Shown here: piece by piece, positions 1 to 9,334 of the stretch
How the letters are laid out: each line of letters begins with the position of its first letter
How positions within the stretch are numbered: position 1 is the stretch's first letter
Assembly (NCBI GenBank): GCA_012839115.1
Contig: DUNX01000094.1
Location: 88-64,087, forward strand
Source: Bacillota bacterium
Lineage (GTDB): Bacteria > Bacillota > UBA4882 > UBA10575
Direction: 5' to 3'
Length of the DNA stretch: 64,000 bases
The notes under the pieces: model-generated
What the model was told of the DNA's origin: nothing
The model's database searches: none
The model's input: the letters and a program-made list of their open reading frames with translations, nothing else
Position numbers and translations under genes: made by a program

Positions 1-5
1 TTTTT

Positions 6-845
6 TTGCTGGTGTTTTTGTTATTCATTTCCAGTCTAGGAGGGTGTTCCGCCGCGCGTGACAGTTTTACCGAAGAATACCAACTGAAAGAGGCGTCCAG
101 CCTTAAAATTGTTACCAAAAACGGTTCGGTGAAGGTCACCGGTTGGCAGGAAAATTACCTGCGCCTGCGGGCGACCTGGATGGTACAAGGCGAGACCGAG
201 AGCGGGCTTTTGGAATACGGCAGGGATATTGAGGTTGTCCCCAATTGGGAAGGAGAAGTTCTCGAACTGACCGTTTCCTACCCGTCCCAACCCCCATATA
301 TCCATTCGGTCAGCGTCAGTCTGGAGTTGGAGGTGCCGCGGGAGAAAATAGAAGAGATTACGGTGGAGACCAGCAACGGGTCGCTGGGTTTCTATAATCT
401 CCGGTCGGCCCTTGACGCCATAAGCACCAACGGCCGGATTACAGTGGAGGATTGCGAGGGTGAGATAAACCTTGAAACCACCAACGGGCAGATTATCCTG
501 AACCACCTGCGGTTCCTCGGGGAAAACGGGCGGGTGGTGACGACCAACGGCCGGATCGAAGCGGACGTAATGTTCCCGCCTGCTGGATATTTTCTTTTGC
601 GTACCACCAACGGCCCTGTTGACCTCAAACTGCCATCCTGGACGCAAGGGACGCTCCGCATGGAAACTTCCAACGGCAATATTCTTATCGACCACATGCC
701 CGCCGCCCACCTCCTTAGATCCGGGAAGAATTTTATGGAGCTCCAATTGCACGGGGGCGGCATGTATCTGGAGGTTGAAACTTCGAACGGAAATATCAAT
801 TTGGGAGAGAGTGATCTTCTTTATCCTTCTGCGGCAGCCATCTAA
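6..845 (+). CDS. Putative lipoprotein with DUF4097-type (putative adhesin, beta-helix) repeats
   Basis: 279-aa ORF. N-terminal signal peptide with lipobox LGGC. Seven regularly spaced (S/T)(S/T)NG-x-(I/V/L) motifs, as in DUF4097 / LiaG-YvlB-like proteins. The TTG at position 6 may not be the true start (window edge). Confidence 0.7.
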   Translation: MLVFLLFISSLGGCSAARDSFTEEYQLKEASSLKIVTKNGSVKVTGWQENYLRLRATWMVQGETESGLLEYGRDIEVVPNWEGEVLELTVSYPSQPPYIHSVSVSLELEVPREKIEEITVETSNGSLGFYNLRSALDAISTNGRITVEDCEGEINLETTNGQIILNHLRFLGENGRVVTTNGRIEADVMFPPAGYFLLRTTNGPVDLKLPSWTQGTLRMETSNGNILIDHMPAAHLLRSGKNFMELQLHGGGMYLEVETSNGNINLGESDLLYPSAAAI

Positions 846-953
846 TTGTTTTTTTTGGTTGCCGGAGGCAGCCTTTTTCCTCGTAGTAAAACGAATAATC
901 TGTATCTCCCGGAAAAAAATAAACAAAAGAGAAATTAGGAAAGAGGCAAGAAG

Positions 954-2603
954 ATGGAAAAAACCGTGGCGGAGTTCATCGCCGATCAACTAGCGGCCTG
1001 GGGTGTGCAGGCGGTTTACGGGGTCCCGGGGGATGCAATTTTGCCCTTTATTGATGCGGTGGAGAACCACCCGCAGTTACGTTTTTATGGCGTCAAGCAC
1101 GAAACCGCGGCGGCTTTCATGGCCTCCGCCGGCGCGAAACTCACGGGCAAGATCGGGGTTTGCACTGCCACCAGCGGGCCGGGGGTTGCCAATCTCGTTA
1201 ACGGCCTGGCTGATGCCAAGAGCGACCGGGCGCCGGTATTAGCCATAACAGGACAGGTGGAGACTTATAATTTCTCCACCAATCACAAGCAATACATTGA
1301 CCAGGGGATGTTGCTGGGACCGGTCACCGGTTATTCGGGGCTGGTGGTCCATAAGGAAGCCGCCAATGAGGTGATAATCAACGCCTTAAGAAGTGCCATC
1401 ACCGGAAGAACCCCTGCCCATATTAGTGTGGCGGCGGATGTATGGTCCCAAAAGATTAAAGGAGAAGGGGCGGTCCGCTCCTTTGAACCCTTTTTGAAAA
1501 CACCGGCGCAGTCTTCCCCGGAAACGATCGCCGCAGTAATCGACCTGCTTAATACGGCCGAACGCCCGGCGATCCTTGCCGGCCGGGGGGTCGGGAATAA
1601 CGGGGATCTCCTTTTTGGGCTGGCGGAAAAATGGCAAAGCGGTATTGCCCTGACGATGCCGGCTAAAGGGAGGTTACCCGGGGAACACCCGTTGGTCATG
1701 GGCGGGCTGGGTGAAGGCGGGAGCGAAGCCTCCACCGTTATGCTGAACGAGGCGGACATCATTTTTATGATCGGCGCCACCTGGTGGCCTGAACCGTACC
1801 TTCCTTTTCCCGGACGCATTGTCCAACTGGATATCCTCCCGGAGAATATCGGCCGCAATACACCGGTAACTTTCGGCTTGGTTGGCCGGGTCGAAGAGGT
1901 ATTGCCGGTGATCAGCGAAGGGATTAGGCCCCGGGAGAGATTCGCCTGGCGCGGGCGGTTGACGCAGTTGAAAAGTGACTGGTCGGAACGGATTGCCGGG
2001 GAAAAGACCGCACCGGGAAGACCGGTGCCACCGGCCCGGCTGATCAGCACTTTGGAGAGAATAATGGCCAATGATGCGGTGGTCGCTTTGGATGTCGGGG
2101 ATCATACCGTCTGGTTCAACCGGGTCTTTTCCGGGACCAACCAGACGGTTTTAGTCTCGGGGAATTGGCGCTCCACCGGTTTCGGTCTTCCGGCGGCGAT
2201 CGGGGCCAAGGTGGCCGCGCCCGGCCGCCAGGTAATCGCCTTGGTGGGGGACGGGGGGATGGCCCAGAGCCTGGCAGAGTTTTCCACCGCCGTCCGTTAC
2301 CGGTTACCCGTAACCGTTGTGGTGGTCAACAACGGTTACCTGGCGATGGAGAAAGACCGGATGCAGATGGCGGATATGGCGTATGAAGTTACTTCCCTGA
2401 CCAACCCCGATTTCGCGAAGTTTGCTGAGATCTGTGGGGGTGTCGGCTACCGGGTGGAAGATAGCGACGAATTGGACCGGGTTTTGGAGGAGGCAGTGCA
2501 GTGCGGCGAGCCGGTGGTGGTGGATGTCCTTACCGCCGCTCCGGTTTTCCCCGGGTTGCTTGATCAGGAGCAAAAAAAGGAAAAAATCCTCCAAAAACTC
2601 TAG
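954..2603 (+). CDS. Thiamine-pyrophosphate enzyme, pyruvate oxidase / PoxB-like (acetolactate-synthase superfamily)
   Basis: 549 aa. N-terminal TPP Pyr domain (GVPGD...TSGPGVANLVNGLADA...PVLAITGQV). C-terminal TPP-binding motif GDGG-x24-NNGYL. Overall layout resembles PoxB more than IlvB. RBS-like AGGAAAGAGG upstream. Confidence 0.8.
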   Translation: MEKTVAEFIADQLAAWGVQAVYGVPGDAILPFIDAVENHPQLRFYGVKHETAAAFMASAGAKLTGKIGVCTATSGPGVANLVNGLADAKSDRAPVLAITGQVETYNFSTNHKQYIDQGMLLGPVTGYSGLVVHKEAANEVIINALRSAITGRTPAHISVAADVWSQKIKGEGAVRSFEPFLKTPAQSSPETIAAVIDLLNTAERPAILAGRGVGNNGDLLFGLAEKWQSGIALTMPAKGRLPGEHPLVMGGLGEGGSEASTVMLNEADIIFMIGATWWPEPYLPFPGRIVQLDILPENIGRNTPVTFGLVGRVEEVLPVISEGIRPRERFAWRGRLTQLKSDWSERIAGEKTAPGRPVPPARLISTLERIMANDAVVALDVGDHTVWFNRVFSGTNQTVLVSGNWRSTGFGLPAAIGAKVAAPGRQVIALVGDGGMAQSLAEFSTAVRYRLPVTVVVVNNGYLAMEKDRMQMADMAYEVTSLTNPDFAKFAEICGGVGYRVEDSDELDRVLEEAVQCGEPVVVDVLTAAPVFPGLLDQEQKKEKILQKL

Positions 2604-2613
2604 TCCTTGCCGG

Positions 2614-2811
2614 TCTCATAGCGCGCGAACGCGCGCGGTAAAGGCCAACGCTGCGAATGAGATCAAGGGGATCAGTGTGTCTCATAGCGCGCGAACGCGC
2701 GCGGTAAAGGCCAACGCTGCGAATAAGATCAAGGGGCTCAGTGTGTCTCATAGCGCGCGAACGCGCGCGGTAAAGGGTAACGCTGCGAATGAGATCAAGG
2801 GGCTCAGTGTA
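2614..2811. repeat. Three head-to-tail copies of a 66-bp unit (TCTCATAGCGCGCGAACGCGCGCGGTAAAGGCCAACGCTGCGAATGAGATCAAGGGGATCAGTGTG)
   Basis: Unit starts read at 2614, 2680 and 2746, with only a few substitutions between copies. Each unit carries the inverted repeat GCGCGCGAACGCGCGC. The array begins 11 nt after the stop of the TPP enzyme gene. Confidence 0.95.
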
Positions 2812-2812
2812 A

Positions 2813-2980
2813 CAAGGAAAACGGGAGATTATTGTCTATTGCGGTGTCGGCGGTTACGCCAGTTCGTGGTGGTTTGTCCTGAGCCGGGTGTTGGGGTATG
2901 ATAAGGTCCGGTTGTATGACGGCTCAGCGGAAGAGTGGACAAAAAACAATGACATGGTCAAATACACCTGGACAAAATAG
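2813..2980 (+). pseudogene. 3' remnant of a rhodanese / thiosulfate sulfurtransferase gene (C-terminal ~55 codons only)
   Basis: The frame translates QGKREIIVYCGVGGYASSWWFVLSRVLGYDKVRLYDGSAEEWTKNNDMVKYTWTK*. This matches the active-site loop (YC-x5-S) and the C-terminal YDGSxxEW signature of two-domain sulfurtransferases. An in-frame stop lies at 2810-2812, there is no start codon, and the upstream ~230 codons are missing. Confidence 0.7.
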
Positions 2981-3022
2981 GCCGTATACATATGGTTCTC
3001 CTTTTCGTGCACGGACGCGCAG

Positions 3023-3060
3023 AAAAGAGCTCCCAGCCTTCAGGTTGGGAGCTCTTTTCG
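3023..3060 (+). terminator. Intrinsic terminator retained downstream of the rhodanese remnant
   Basis: GAGCTCCCA (3027-3035) pairs with TGGGAGCTC (3046-3054). Followed by TTTT. Confidence 0.7.
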
Positions 3061-3148
3061 TTGTGGGCCGCCAAAACATGTGGTATTTACTAAGGTATTT
3101 TGGTAAAATAGGATAGATAATGGTTATTTTTCCGCGGGCGGAAGGAGG

Positions 3149-3994
3149 ATGGGCGTGACAACCGGCAGAGATAATTCGCGCCCTTCAGGGGCACGGGACG
3201 AACCGGAACAGGCCATCGGTATCTTCGATTCCGGAGTGGGAGGGCTTTCTGTTGCCAAAGAGATCAGAGCGCTCCTGCCCGGGGAGGATCTTTTTTATTT
3301 TGCCGACTCCCGGTATTGCCAATACGGGGAGAAGCCCCCGGATTTCATCAGGGAACGGGCCTTCGCCATCACCCGTTTTCTCCTTGACCGCGGCTGCAAA
3401 ATGATTGTCGTCGCCTGCAATACTGCTTCCGAGGCGGCCTTGGGCGCACTGCGGGATGGTTTTCCGGCGGTCCCGTTTGTCGGGGTGGAACCCGCGGTAA
3501 AACAGGCTGCCTCATACACAAAAAAACAGCGGGTCGGTGTCTTGGCCACCGCCTTAACCCTCGCCGGGAACCGGTTCTCCGCCCTGGTAGAGAGGTTTGC
3601 CAGCGGTTTGACTGTTATTACCCAGCCTTCTCCCGGGCTGGTGGAGGCGGTGGAAGCGGGGAAGCTAGAGACAGAGGAGACTGAGAAGCTGCTCAAGGCG
3701 TATCTTCAGCCTTTGCTTGAACATGATGTGGACGTTATTGTCTTGGGATGCACTCATTACCCTTTCCTCCGTCCCCTGGTGGAGAAGATGACCGGCCCGG
3801 AAATCAAGATCCTGGATACGGGAAAACCGGTAGCCCGGCAAGTAATGAGGGTCCTGGGAATACGCGGGCTTCTTTCACCACGGCAGGAAGGAGGGAAGGA
3901 GCAATTTTTTACCAGCGGTGTTCCGGAAAGGGTGGCCCCGGTGCTTAGGCGTCTATGGCCAAGGCCGGTGCCGGAGGTGATACCGGTAGAATAA
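3149..3994 (+). CDS. murI: Glutamate racemase
   Basis: Motifs IGIFDSGVGGLSV, VVACNTAS and LGCTHYPF (the two catalytic Cys regions). GGAGG abuts the ATG at 3149, so the in-frame GTG at 3155 may be the real start. Confidence 0.9.
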   Translation: MGVTTGRDNSRPSGARDEPEQAIGIFDSGVGGLSVAKEIRALLPGEDLFYFADSRYCQYGEKPPDFIRERAFAITRFLLDRGCKMIVVACNTASEAALGALRDGFPAVPFVGVEPAVKQAASYTKKQRVGVLATALTLAGNRFSALVERFASGLTVITQPSPGLVEAVEAGKLETEETEKLLKAYLQPLLEHDVDVIVLGCTHYPFLRPLVEKMTGPEIKILDTGKPVARQVMRVLGIRGLLSPRQEGGKEQFFTSGVPERVAPVLRRLWPRPVPEVIPVE

Positions 3995-4052
3995 GAGTAT
4001 GGAGCCGGCTTGAAACTTTCTTAGTTTTTTATGCAAAGGAGGATTCATAGTA

Positions 4053-4922
4053 GTGAACAACAGCCCCGCAAAAATACTTGATGGTAAGGCCTTGGCCGCC
4101 CGGGTCAGGGAAGGGTTGAAAAAAGAAGTGGCGCAGTTAACGGCGGAAGGGTTTACTCCCGGCCTGGCCGTTATTCTGGTCGGCGACGATCCGGCTTCAC
4201 AGGTTTATGTCCGGAACAAGGAACGGGCCTGTGCTGAATTGGGGATTAAATCCTGGAAGCACCATCTGCCTGCGGATACCTCCCAGAAAGACCTGGTGCA
4301 ACTGGTGGAAAGGATTAACGCCGATCCGGAAGTCAACGGGATACTGGTACAACTGCCGCTGCCCGCCCATATTCAGACCGAGGCGGTACTGGATGTAATC
4401 GACCCGGCAAAGGATGTGGACGGTTTCCACCCGGTTAACCTCGGCTTGTTAACAGCCGGGCGGCCGGGAATAATCCCCTGCACGCCGGCGGGCGTTATGG
4501 AACTGGTTAAAGAGAGCGGTGTCGATGTTACCGGGAAAGAATGTGTCATTGTGGGCAGGAGCAATATTGTTGGCAAACCCCTGGCCTTTCTTTTCTTGCA
4601 GGAGCACGGGACAGTAACGATTTGCCACTCGCGCACCCGGGACCTGGCGGAGGTCTGCCGGCGGGCTGATATTCTGGTGGTCGCCACCGGCCGGCCCGGA
4701 TTGGTTAACGGCGGGATGGTTAAACCGGGAGCGGTTGTTATTGATGTTGGCATCAACCGGACAGCAGAGGGGAAATTAACCGGTGATGTGGATTTTGCCT
4801 CCGCGGTACAGCAAGCCGGGGCGATAACCCCTGTTCCCGGCGGGGTAGGGCCGATGACCATCGCCATGCTGATGAAGAATACGGTGGCGGCGGCCCGCCG
4901 TGCAGTGCAAACATTGGATTAG
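4053..4922 (+). CDS. folD: Bifunctional 5,10-methylene-THF dehydrogenase / methenyl-THF cyclohydrolase
   Basis: 289 aa. Motifs [35 protein letters not shown] and PGGVGPMT are typical FolD signatures. GGAGG lies 8 nt upstream of the GTG start. Confidence 0.93.
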   Translation: MNNSPAKILDGKALAARVREGLKKEVAQLTAEGFTPGLAVILVGDDPASQVYVRNKERACAELGIKSWKHHLPADTSQKDLVQLVERINADPEVNGILVQLPLPAHIQTEAVLDVIDPAKDVDGFHPVNLGLLTAGRPGIIPCTPAGVMELVKESGVDVTGKECVIVGRSNIVGKPLAFLFLQEHGTVTICHSRTRDLAEVCRRADILVVATGRPGLVNGGMVKPGAVVIDVGINRTAEGKLTGDVDFASAVQQAGAITPVPGGVGPMTIAMLMKNTVAAARRAVQTLD

Positions 4923-5129
4923 CAAATTGTTATCAATAGGCTAAAATTTCATAAACGGCAGGAGAATAGGGGAAAATACAGAATAAAATTTAAATGTATC
5001 CAACAGGTGCGGAAAAATGCGGGTTTTACCTGCCGGTGAAGATTTGCCCTGTTATATGCAGATATGCGTATTAACGACGCGTGCGAGCGCGCGAGCAAAC
5101 CAATAGGCAAAAGAAGAGGAGGACGGCTG

Positions 5130-7838
5130 ATGTCAAAGAAACTAGTGTACTTTTTTGGCGCTGGAAAAGCAGACGGTACCGCGGAAATGAAAAATCTGTT
5201 GGGAGGTAAAGGCGCTAACCTGGCTGAGATGACCAATCTCGGCATACCGGTTCCGGCCGGGTTTACGATTACGACAGAGGTCTGCACGGCTTACTATGAA
5301 AATAATGAGCAGTGGCCGGCAGGACTGGAAGACGAGATTAAAGAGAACATCCGTAAAGTGGAAGAGGCTATGGGGGCCAAGTTTGGCGATGCAGAAAACC
5401 CCTTACTCCTTTCCGTCCGTTCGGGCGCGAGGGTTTCCATGCCGGGAATGATGGATACCGTTTTGAATCTGGGCCTCAATGACGAGACGGTACAGGGTTT
5501 GATTAAAAAATCCGGGAATGAGTGGTTTGCCTATGACAGTTACCGCCGGTTCATTCAGATGTACGGTAATGTGGTTTACGGGATCGATCACGACAAGTTC
5601 GAAGCGATACTCGATGCCAGGAAAGAAGAAAAAGGATATAAGCTTGATACGGATATGGCGGCGGAAGACTGGAAGGATATGGTGGTCCAGTTTAAGCAGT
5701 TGTTCAAGGAAGAAATGAAGATGGAGTTCCCGTCCGATCCGTGGGAACAGCTGAAGGGGTCCATAAACGCCGTTTTTTCATCTTGGATGAACCCGCGGGC
5801 AATTACTTACCGGCGCTTGAATAAGATCCCGGAACACTGGGGAACCGCTGTAAACGTCCAGACCATGGTCTTTGGCAATATGGGCGAGAGTTCCGCCACC
5901 GGGGTGGCCTTCACCAGGGACCCTGCCACCGGTGAGAATAAGTTTTACGGTGAGTTTCTCATCAACGCCCAGGGTGAAGACGTGGTGGCCGGGATCCGGA
6001 CGCCGCAGCAGATCAGCCTGGAGGCCTCGAGAGAGTGGGCGAAGAACAACGGGATCGCCGAAGAAGACCGGAAGAAGAATTTCCCGTCTTTGGAAGAGTA
6101 CATGCCCGGGATTTACCAGCAGTTGCTGGGGATCAGGGATAAATTAGAGAAACACTACCGCGAGATGCAGGATGTTGAGTTCACAATCCAGGAAAACAAG
6201 TTGTATATGTTGCAGACCCGCGCCGGGAAGCGGACCGGAGCGGCCGCGGTACGTATCGCCGTAGAGATGCAGCAGGAAGGGTTGATTGACGAAAAAACCG
6301 CCGTCCTCCGGGTCCAGCCGGAACAGTTGGACCAGTTGCTCCACCCGATGATTGACCCCAAAGCCAAGGTTACACCGGTAGCAAAAGGCCTGCCGGCCTC
6401 CCCCGGCGCCGCCGTTGGCCGGGTGGTCTTTACCGCCGCTGACGCTGAGGAATGGGCGGCCCGTGGGGAAAAGGTGATTTTGACCCGTCAGGAGACCAGC
6501 CCCGATGATATTGGCGGGATGCACGCGGCTGTCGGGATCTTGACCTCCCGTGGCGGCATGACCTCCCACGCGGCGGTGGTCGCGCGCGGAATGGGCAAGT
6601 GCTGTGTTGCCGGGTGCGGTGACGCTGTTATCAACAACAACGAAAAAACCTTGACCCTTAATGGAAATGTCCTGCGGGAAGGCGACTGGCTGACTCTGAA
6701 CGGTTCAACCGGCGAAGTAATCCTGGGCCAAACCGACCTGGTGGAACCGGAGATTACCGGGAATTTCGGAATTTTGATGTCCTGGGCGGACAAGTACCGT
6801 GACCTCCGGGTACGTACGAACGCCGATACCCCGCATGACGCGAAAGTAGCCCTGGAGTTCGGCGCCGAGGGTATCGGGCTCTGCCGGACGGAGCACATGT
6901 TCTTTGGTCCGGAAAAAGAGCGGATCCAATACATGCAGGAGATGATTTTGGCTGATAACACAGGGGACCGTGAAGCGGCTTTGGTCAAACTTCTCCCGTA
7001 CCAGAAGTCTGACTTTATCGGGATTTTCGAGGCGATGGACGGCCTGCCCGTAACCATCCGGCTTTTGGACCCGCCGTTACATGAATTTTTACCGCATGAT
7101 GCCAAGGCGCAGGCGGAGATTGCCGGAAAGATCGGCTTAGAGCCGGCTGTTTTAGCGGTCAAAGTGGAAGCCCTGGCAGAATTCAACCCCATGTTGGGTT
7201 TCCGTGGTTGCCGGTTGGGCGTGGTTTATCCGGAGATCTATAAAATGCAGGTCCGGGCGATTTTTGAAGCAGCCTGCGAGTTAGCGAAGAAAGGGAAGAA
7301 CGTCATGCCGGAGGTCATGATCCCGTTGATCGGGACCACCGGTGAGATGAAGACGATCAAGGAGTATGCCATCGAAGTAGCGGAAACGGTAATAAAAGAA
7401 TACGGCGTAGAAGTCGAGTATATGATCGGCACCATGATCGAGATCCCGCGGGCGGCCTTGCTCGCCGGTGAGATTGCCCAGGACGCGGAGTTCTTCTCCT
7501 TCGGCACCAATGACCTTACCCAATTGGCCTTTGGTTACAGCCGGGATGACGCCGGGAGATTCCTCCCGCTCTATGTAGAGAAGAAGATTCTGCCCTTTGA
7601 CGTCTTCCAGTCTCTAGATAAAGAGGGCGTAGGCGAGCTGGTGAAGATCGGGGTCGAAAGAGGGCGCGCTGCCAGGACGGACCTGAAGATCGGGATCTGC
7701 GGAGAGCACGGTGGCGATCCGGACTCGGTGAAGTTCTGCCACGAAGTGGGCATGAATTATGTTTCTTGTTCACCCTTCCGGGTGCCTTTGGCCCGCTTGG
7801 CCGCAGCACAAGCCCAGTTGACAAAGCCGCGGAACTAA
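5130..7838 (+). CDS. ppdK: Pyruvate, phosphate dikinase
   Basis: Full-length PPDK-like translation: MSKKLVYFFG...GGKGANLAEM, phospho-His region GGMTSHAAVVARG, and a C-terminal PEP-utilising domain with Cys in GICGE. The ATG at 5130 is preceded by AGAGGAGGA. The longer track ORF starting at 5064 is probably an over-extension. Confidence 0.95.
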   Translation: MSKKLVYFFGAGKADGTAEMKNLLGGKGANLAEMTNLGIPVPAGFTITTEVCTAYYENNEQWPAGLEDEIKENIRKVEEAMGAKFGDAENPLLLSVRSGARVSMPGMMDTVLNLGLNDETVQGLIKKSGNEWFAYDSYRRFIQMYGNVVYGIDHDKFEAILDARKEEKGYKLDTDMAAEDWKDMVVQFKQLFKEEMKMEFPSDPWEQLKGSINAVFSSWMNPRAITYRRLNKIPEHWGTAVNVQTMVFGNMGESSATGVAFTRDPATGENKFYGEFLINAQGEDVVAGIRTPQQISLEASREWAKNNGIAEEDRKKNFPSLEEYMPGIYQQLLGIRDKLEKHYREMQDVEFTIQENKLYMLQTRAGKRTGAAAVRIAVEMQQEGLIDEKTAVLRVQPEQLDQLLHPMIDPKAKVTPVAKGLPASPGAAVGRVVFTAADAEEWAARGEKVILTRQETSPDDIGGMHAAVGILTSRGGMTSHAAVVARGMGKCCVAGCGDAVINNNEKTLTLNGNVLREGDWLTLNGSTGEVILGQTDLVEPEITGNFGILMSWADKYRDLRVRTNADTPHDAKVALEFGAEGIGLCRTEHMFFGPEKERIQYMQEMILADNTGDREAALVKLLPYQKSDFIGIFEAMDGLPVTIRLLDPPLHEFLPHDAKAQAEIAGKIGLEPAVLAVKVEALAEFNPMLGFRGCRLGVVYPEIYKMQVRAIFEAACELAKKGKNVMPEVMIPLIGTTGEMKTIKEYAIEVAETVIKEYGVEVEYMIGTMIEIPRAALLAGEIAQDAEFFSFGTNDLTQLAFGYSRDDAGRFLPLYVEKKILPFDVFQSLDKEGVGELVKIGVERGRAARTDLKIGICGEHGGDPDSVKFCHEVGMNYVSCSPFRVPLARLAAAQAQLTKPRN

Positions 7839-7854
7839 AAAAGGCAAATATAAA

Positions 7855-7891
7855 AAAAGAGGGAGAAACGCAAGTGCTCCCTCTTTTTTTG
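7855..7891 (+). terminator. Intrinsic terminator after ppdK
   Basis: AGAGGGAG (7858-7865) pairs with CTCCCTCT (7877-7884). Followed by T6-7. Confidence 0.8.
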
Positions 7892-8206
7892 CCCCCGGAT
7901 TGGCCCAGTTCCTTCATGCTTTTTATAACCGCTTGGCTCCGGCGCCTTTCATGCTTTCCACCACTCCCGGGTAAACTGTACGGGAGAGGCTTTTCCCGCA
8001 ACAAAAGGAGTACCGGTGGGCGCCTCCGGCTGCGCGGCGTGCCGGACAACCCGGGCAGTTTCGCCAAAGCCAAGGGACTATTGGGCACGCGAAAGCTGTT
8101 GGTCTAGGATTGTTTGGAATTTTTTCTTGGTAAAGGGATTACTGCGCATGCAAAGACCGTTGGCGTGGTGAGATGCTCCAGGTAGAATACCCATTGGAGT
8201 GGTGGG

Positions 8207-9328
8207 ATGTTTCAGGTAGAATATGGAGTAGTCCTCCGGGTCACCCGGGACCTGCCCGGCCTGCAAGAGGCCGTGGTACAGGTGGGGGAGGAAACCGCTC
8301 CTGCCCTTAATTATCCGGCGTTGACAGGCCGGGTCAAAAAGGGCGACCGGGTTACGCTTAATACCACAGCCGTCCGTTTGCAACTGGGAACAGGCGGCTA
8401 CCATTTTGTCATGGGAGTTGAAGGGGCCGTTGGGGGCGCCGTGGCGAAAGGGGTGGCCGCGGGCGGCCACATTATGAAACTCCGGTATACCCCCTGGCAG
8501 GTTAAGGTGCGAGCGGCTGAAGAAGAAGAATCCCCGCATCACCAGGAGATAAAAGGCTTTTCTTCCCTGGATGGCATCCCGGTGCTTGTCGGCGGTTTGC
8601 ACAGTATGATCGCACCGGCGCTCCTGGCCTACCGGGCGTTGCAGGCCGCCCCGGTCCGGGTGGCCTATATTATGACGGACGGTGCGGCCCTGCCGCTCCC
8701 CTTCAGCAGGCTGGTGCGGAAGTTGAAAGAATGCGGGCTGTTGCAAACGACAATTACCTGCGGTCATGCCTTCGGGGGCGATCTGGAGACGGTGAATTTC
8801 TATTCGGCGCTGGCGGCGGCAAAGGCGGCGGCCGGCGCCGGGTTGATCCTGGCGGCGATGGGCCCGGGGATTGTGGGGACCGGAACCAGGTACGGTTTTT
8901 CCGGGATTGAACAGGCATATATGCTTGAGGCCGTAGAAAGGTTGGGTGGAAAACCGGTGGCCATCCCCAGGGTTAGTTTTGCCGATCCCCGCCCCCGCCA
9001 CCACGGGCTCAGTCACCACAGCAGAACCGTTCTGTCGCAACTCACTTATGCCAAGGCGTTTATTGGCTTTCCCCGCTGGCGGGATGAGCGCGGGCAACTC
9101 TTGGCCGGGCAGATCCGCGAGGAACGGCTGGTCGAGAAACACCGGGTATTTTTTGTTGATCCCCCGCCGCTGGCCGGGCTTTTTGCCGGGTATGACCTGG
9201 AGGTAAAGACCATGGGCCGTTCCTGGCAGGAAGACCCGTCTTTTTTTGAGACCGCCGCCGTCTCCGGGGTGGTGGCCGCCGCTTTGGCCGCAGGCAAAGA
9301 GGATGATCTGGAAGGAATTCAAAACTGA
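8207..9328 (+). CDS. Conserved hypothetical protein (resembles the DUF3866 family from memory)
   Basis: 373-aa ORF with normal codon and amino-acid usage. No catalytic motif recognised. It sits upstream of nudF, as in other Clostridia. The antisense 414-aa ORF is Arg/Gly/Pro-rich shadow. Confidence 0.6.
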   Translation: MFQVEYGVVLRVTRDLPGLQEAVVQVGEETAPALNYPALTGRVKKGDRVTLNTTAVRLQLGTGGYHFVMGVEGAVGGAVAKGVAAGGHIMKLRYTPWQVKVRAAEEEESPHHQEIKGFSSLDGIPVLVGGLHSMIAPALLAYRALQAAPVRVAYIMTDGAALPLPFSRLVRKLKECGLLQTTITCGHAFGGDLETVNFYSALAAAKAAAGAGLILAAMGPGIVGTGTRYGFSGIEQAYMLEAVERLGGKPVAIPRVSFADPRPRHHGLSHHSRTVLSQLTYAKAFIGFPRWRDERGQLLAGQIREERLVEKHRVFFVDPPPLAGLFAGYDLEVKTMGRSWQEDPSFFETAAVSGVVAAALAAGKEDDLEGIQN

Positions 9329-9334
9329 GGAAAG

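Noticed and set aside
36-989. 317-aa minus-strand ORF opposite the DUF4097 lipoprotein gene
   Set aside because: The + strand ORF has a lipobox and a periodic repeat architecture. The minus ORF has no features and spans the intergenic region.
2614-2811. CRISPR array hypothesis for the 66-bp repeats (and for the 52-bp repeats at 55330-55480)
   Set aside because: The units are directly contiguous with no unique spacers, the unit lengths are atypical, and no cas genes are nearby.
2422-2901. 159-aa ORF running through the 66-bp repeats (HSARTRAVKANAANEIKG x3)
   Set aside because: It begins out of frame inside the TPP enzyme gene. Its open frame is a by-product of the tandem repeat, and it has no start context.
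5064-5129. Longer start for ppdK (MRINDACERASKPIGKRRGGRL...)
   Set aside because: The extension is encoded by the CGCG tract. The ATG at 5130 has a strong RBS and gives the conserved PPDK N-terminus.
8078-9322. 414-aa minus-strand ORF
   Set aside because: It is exactly antisense to the 373-aa + strand gene. Its composition is Gly/Arg/Pro/His-rich and low-complexity, typical of shadow ORFs in GC-rich DNA, and it has no motif or RBS.
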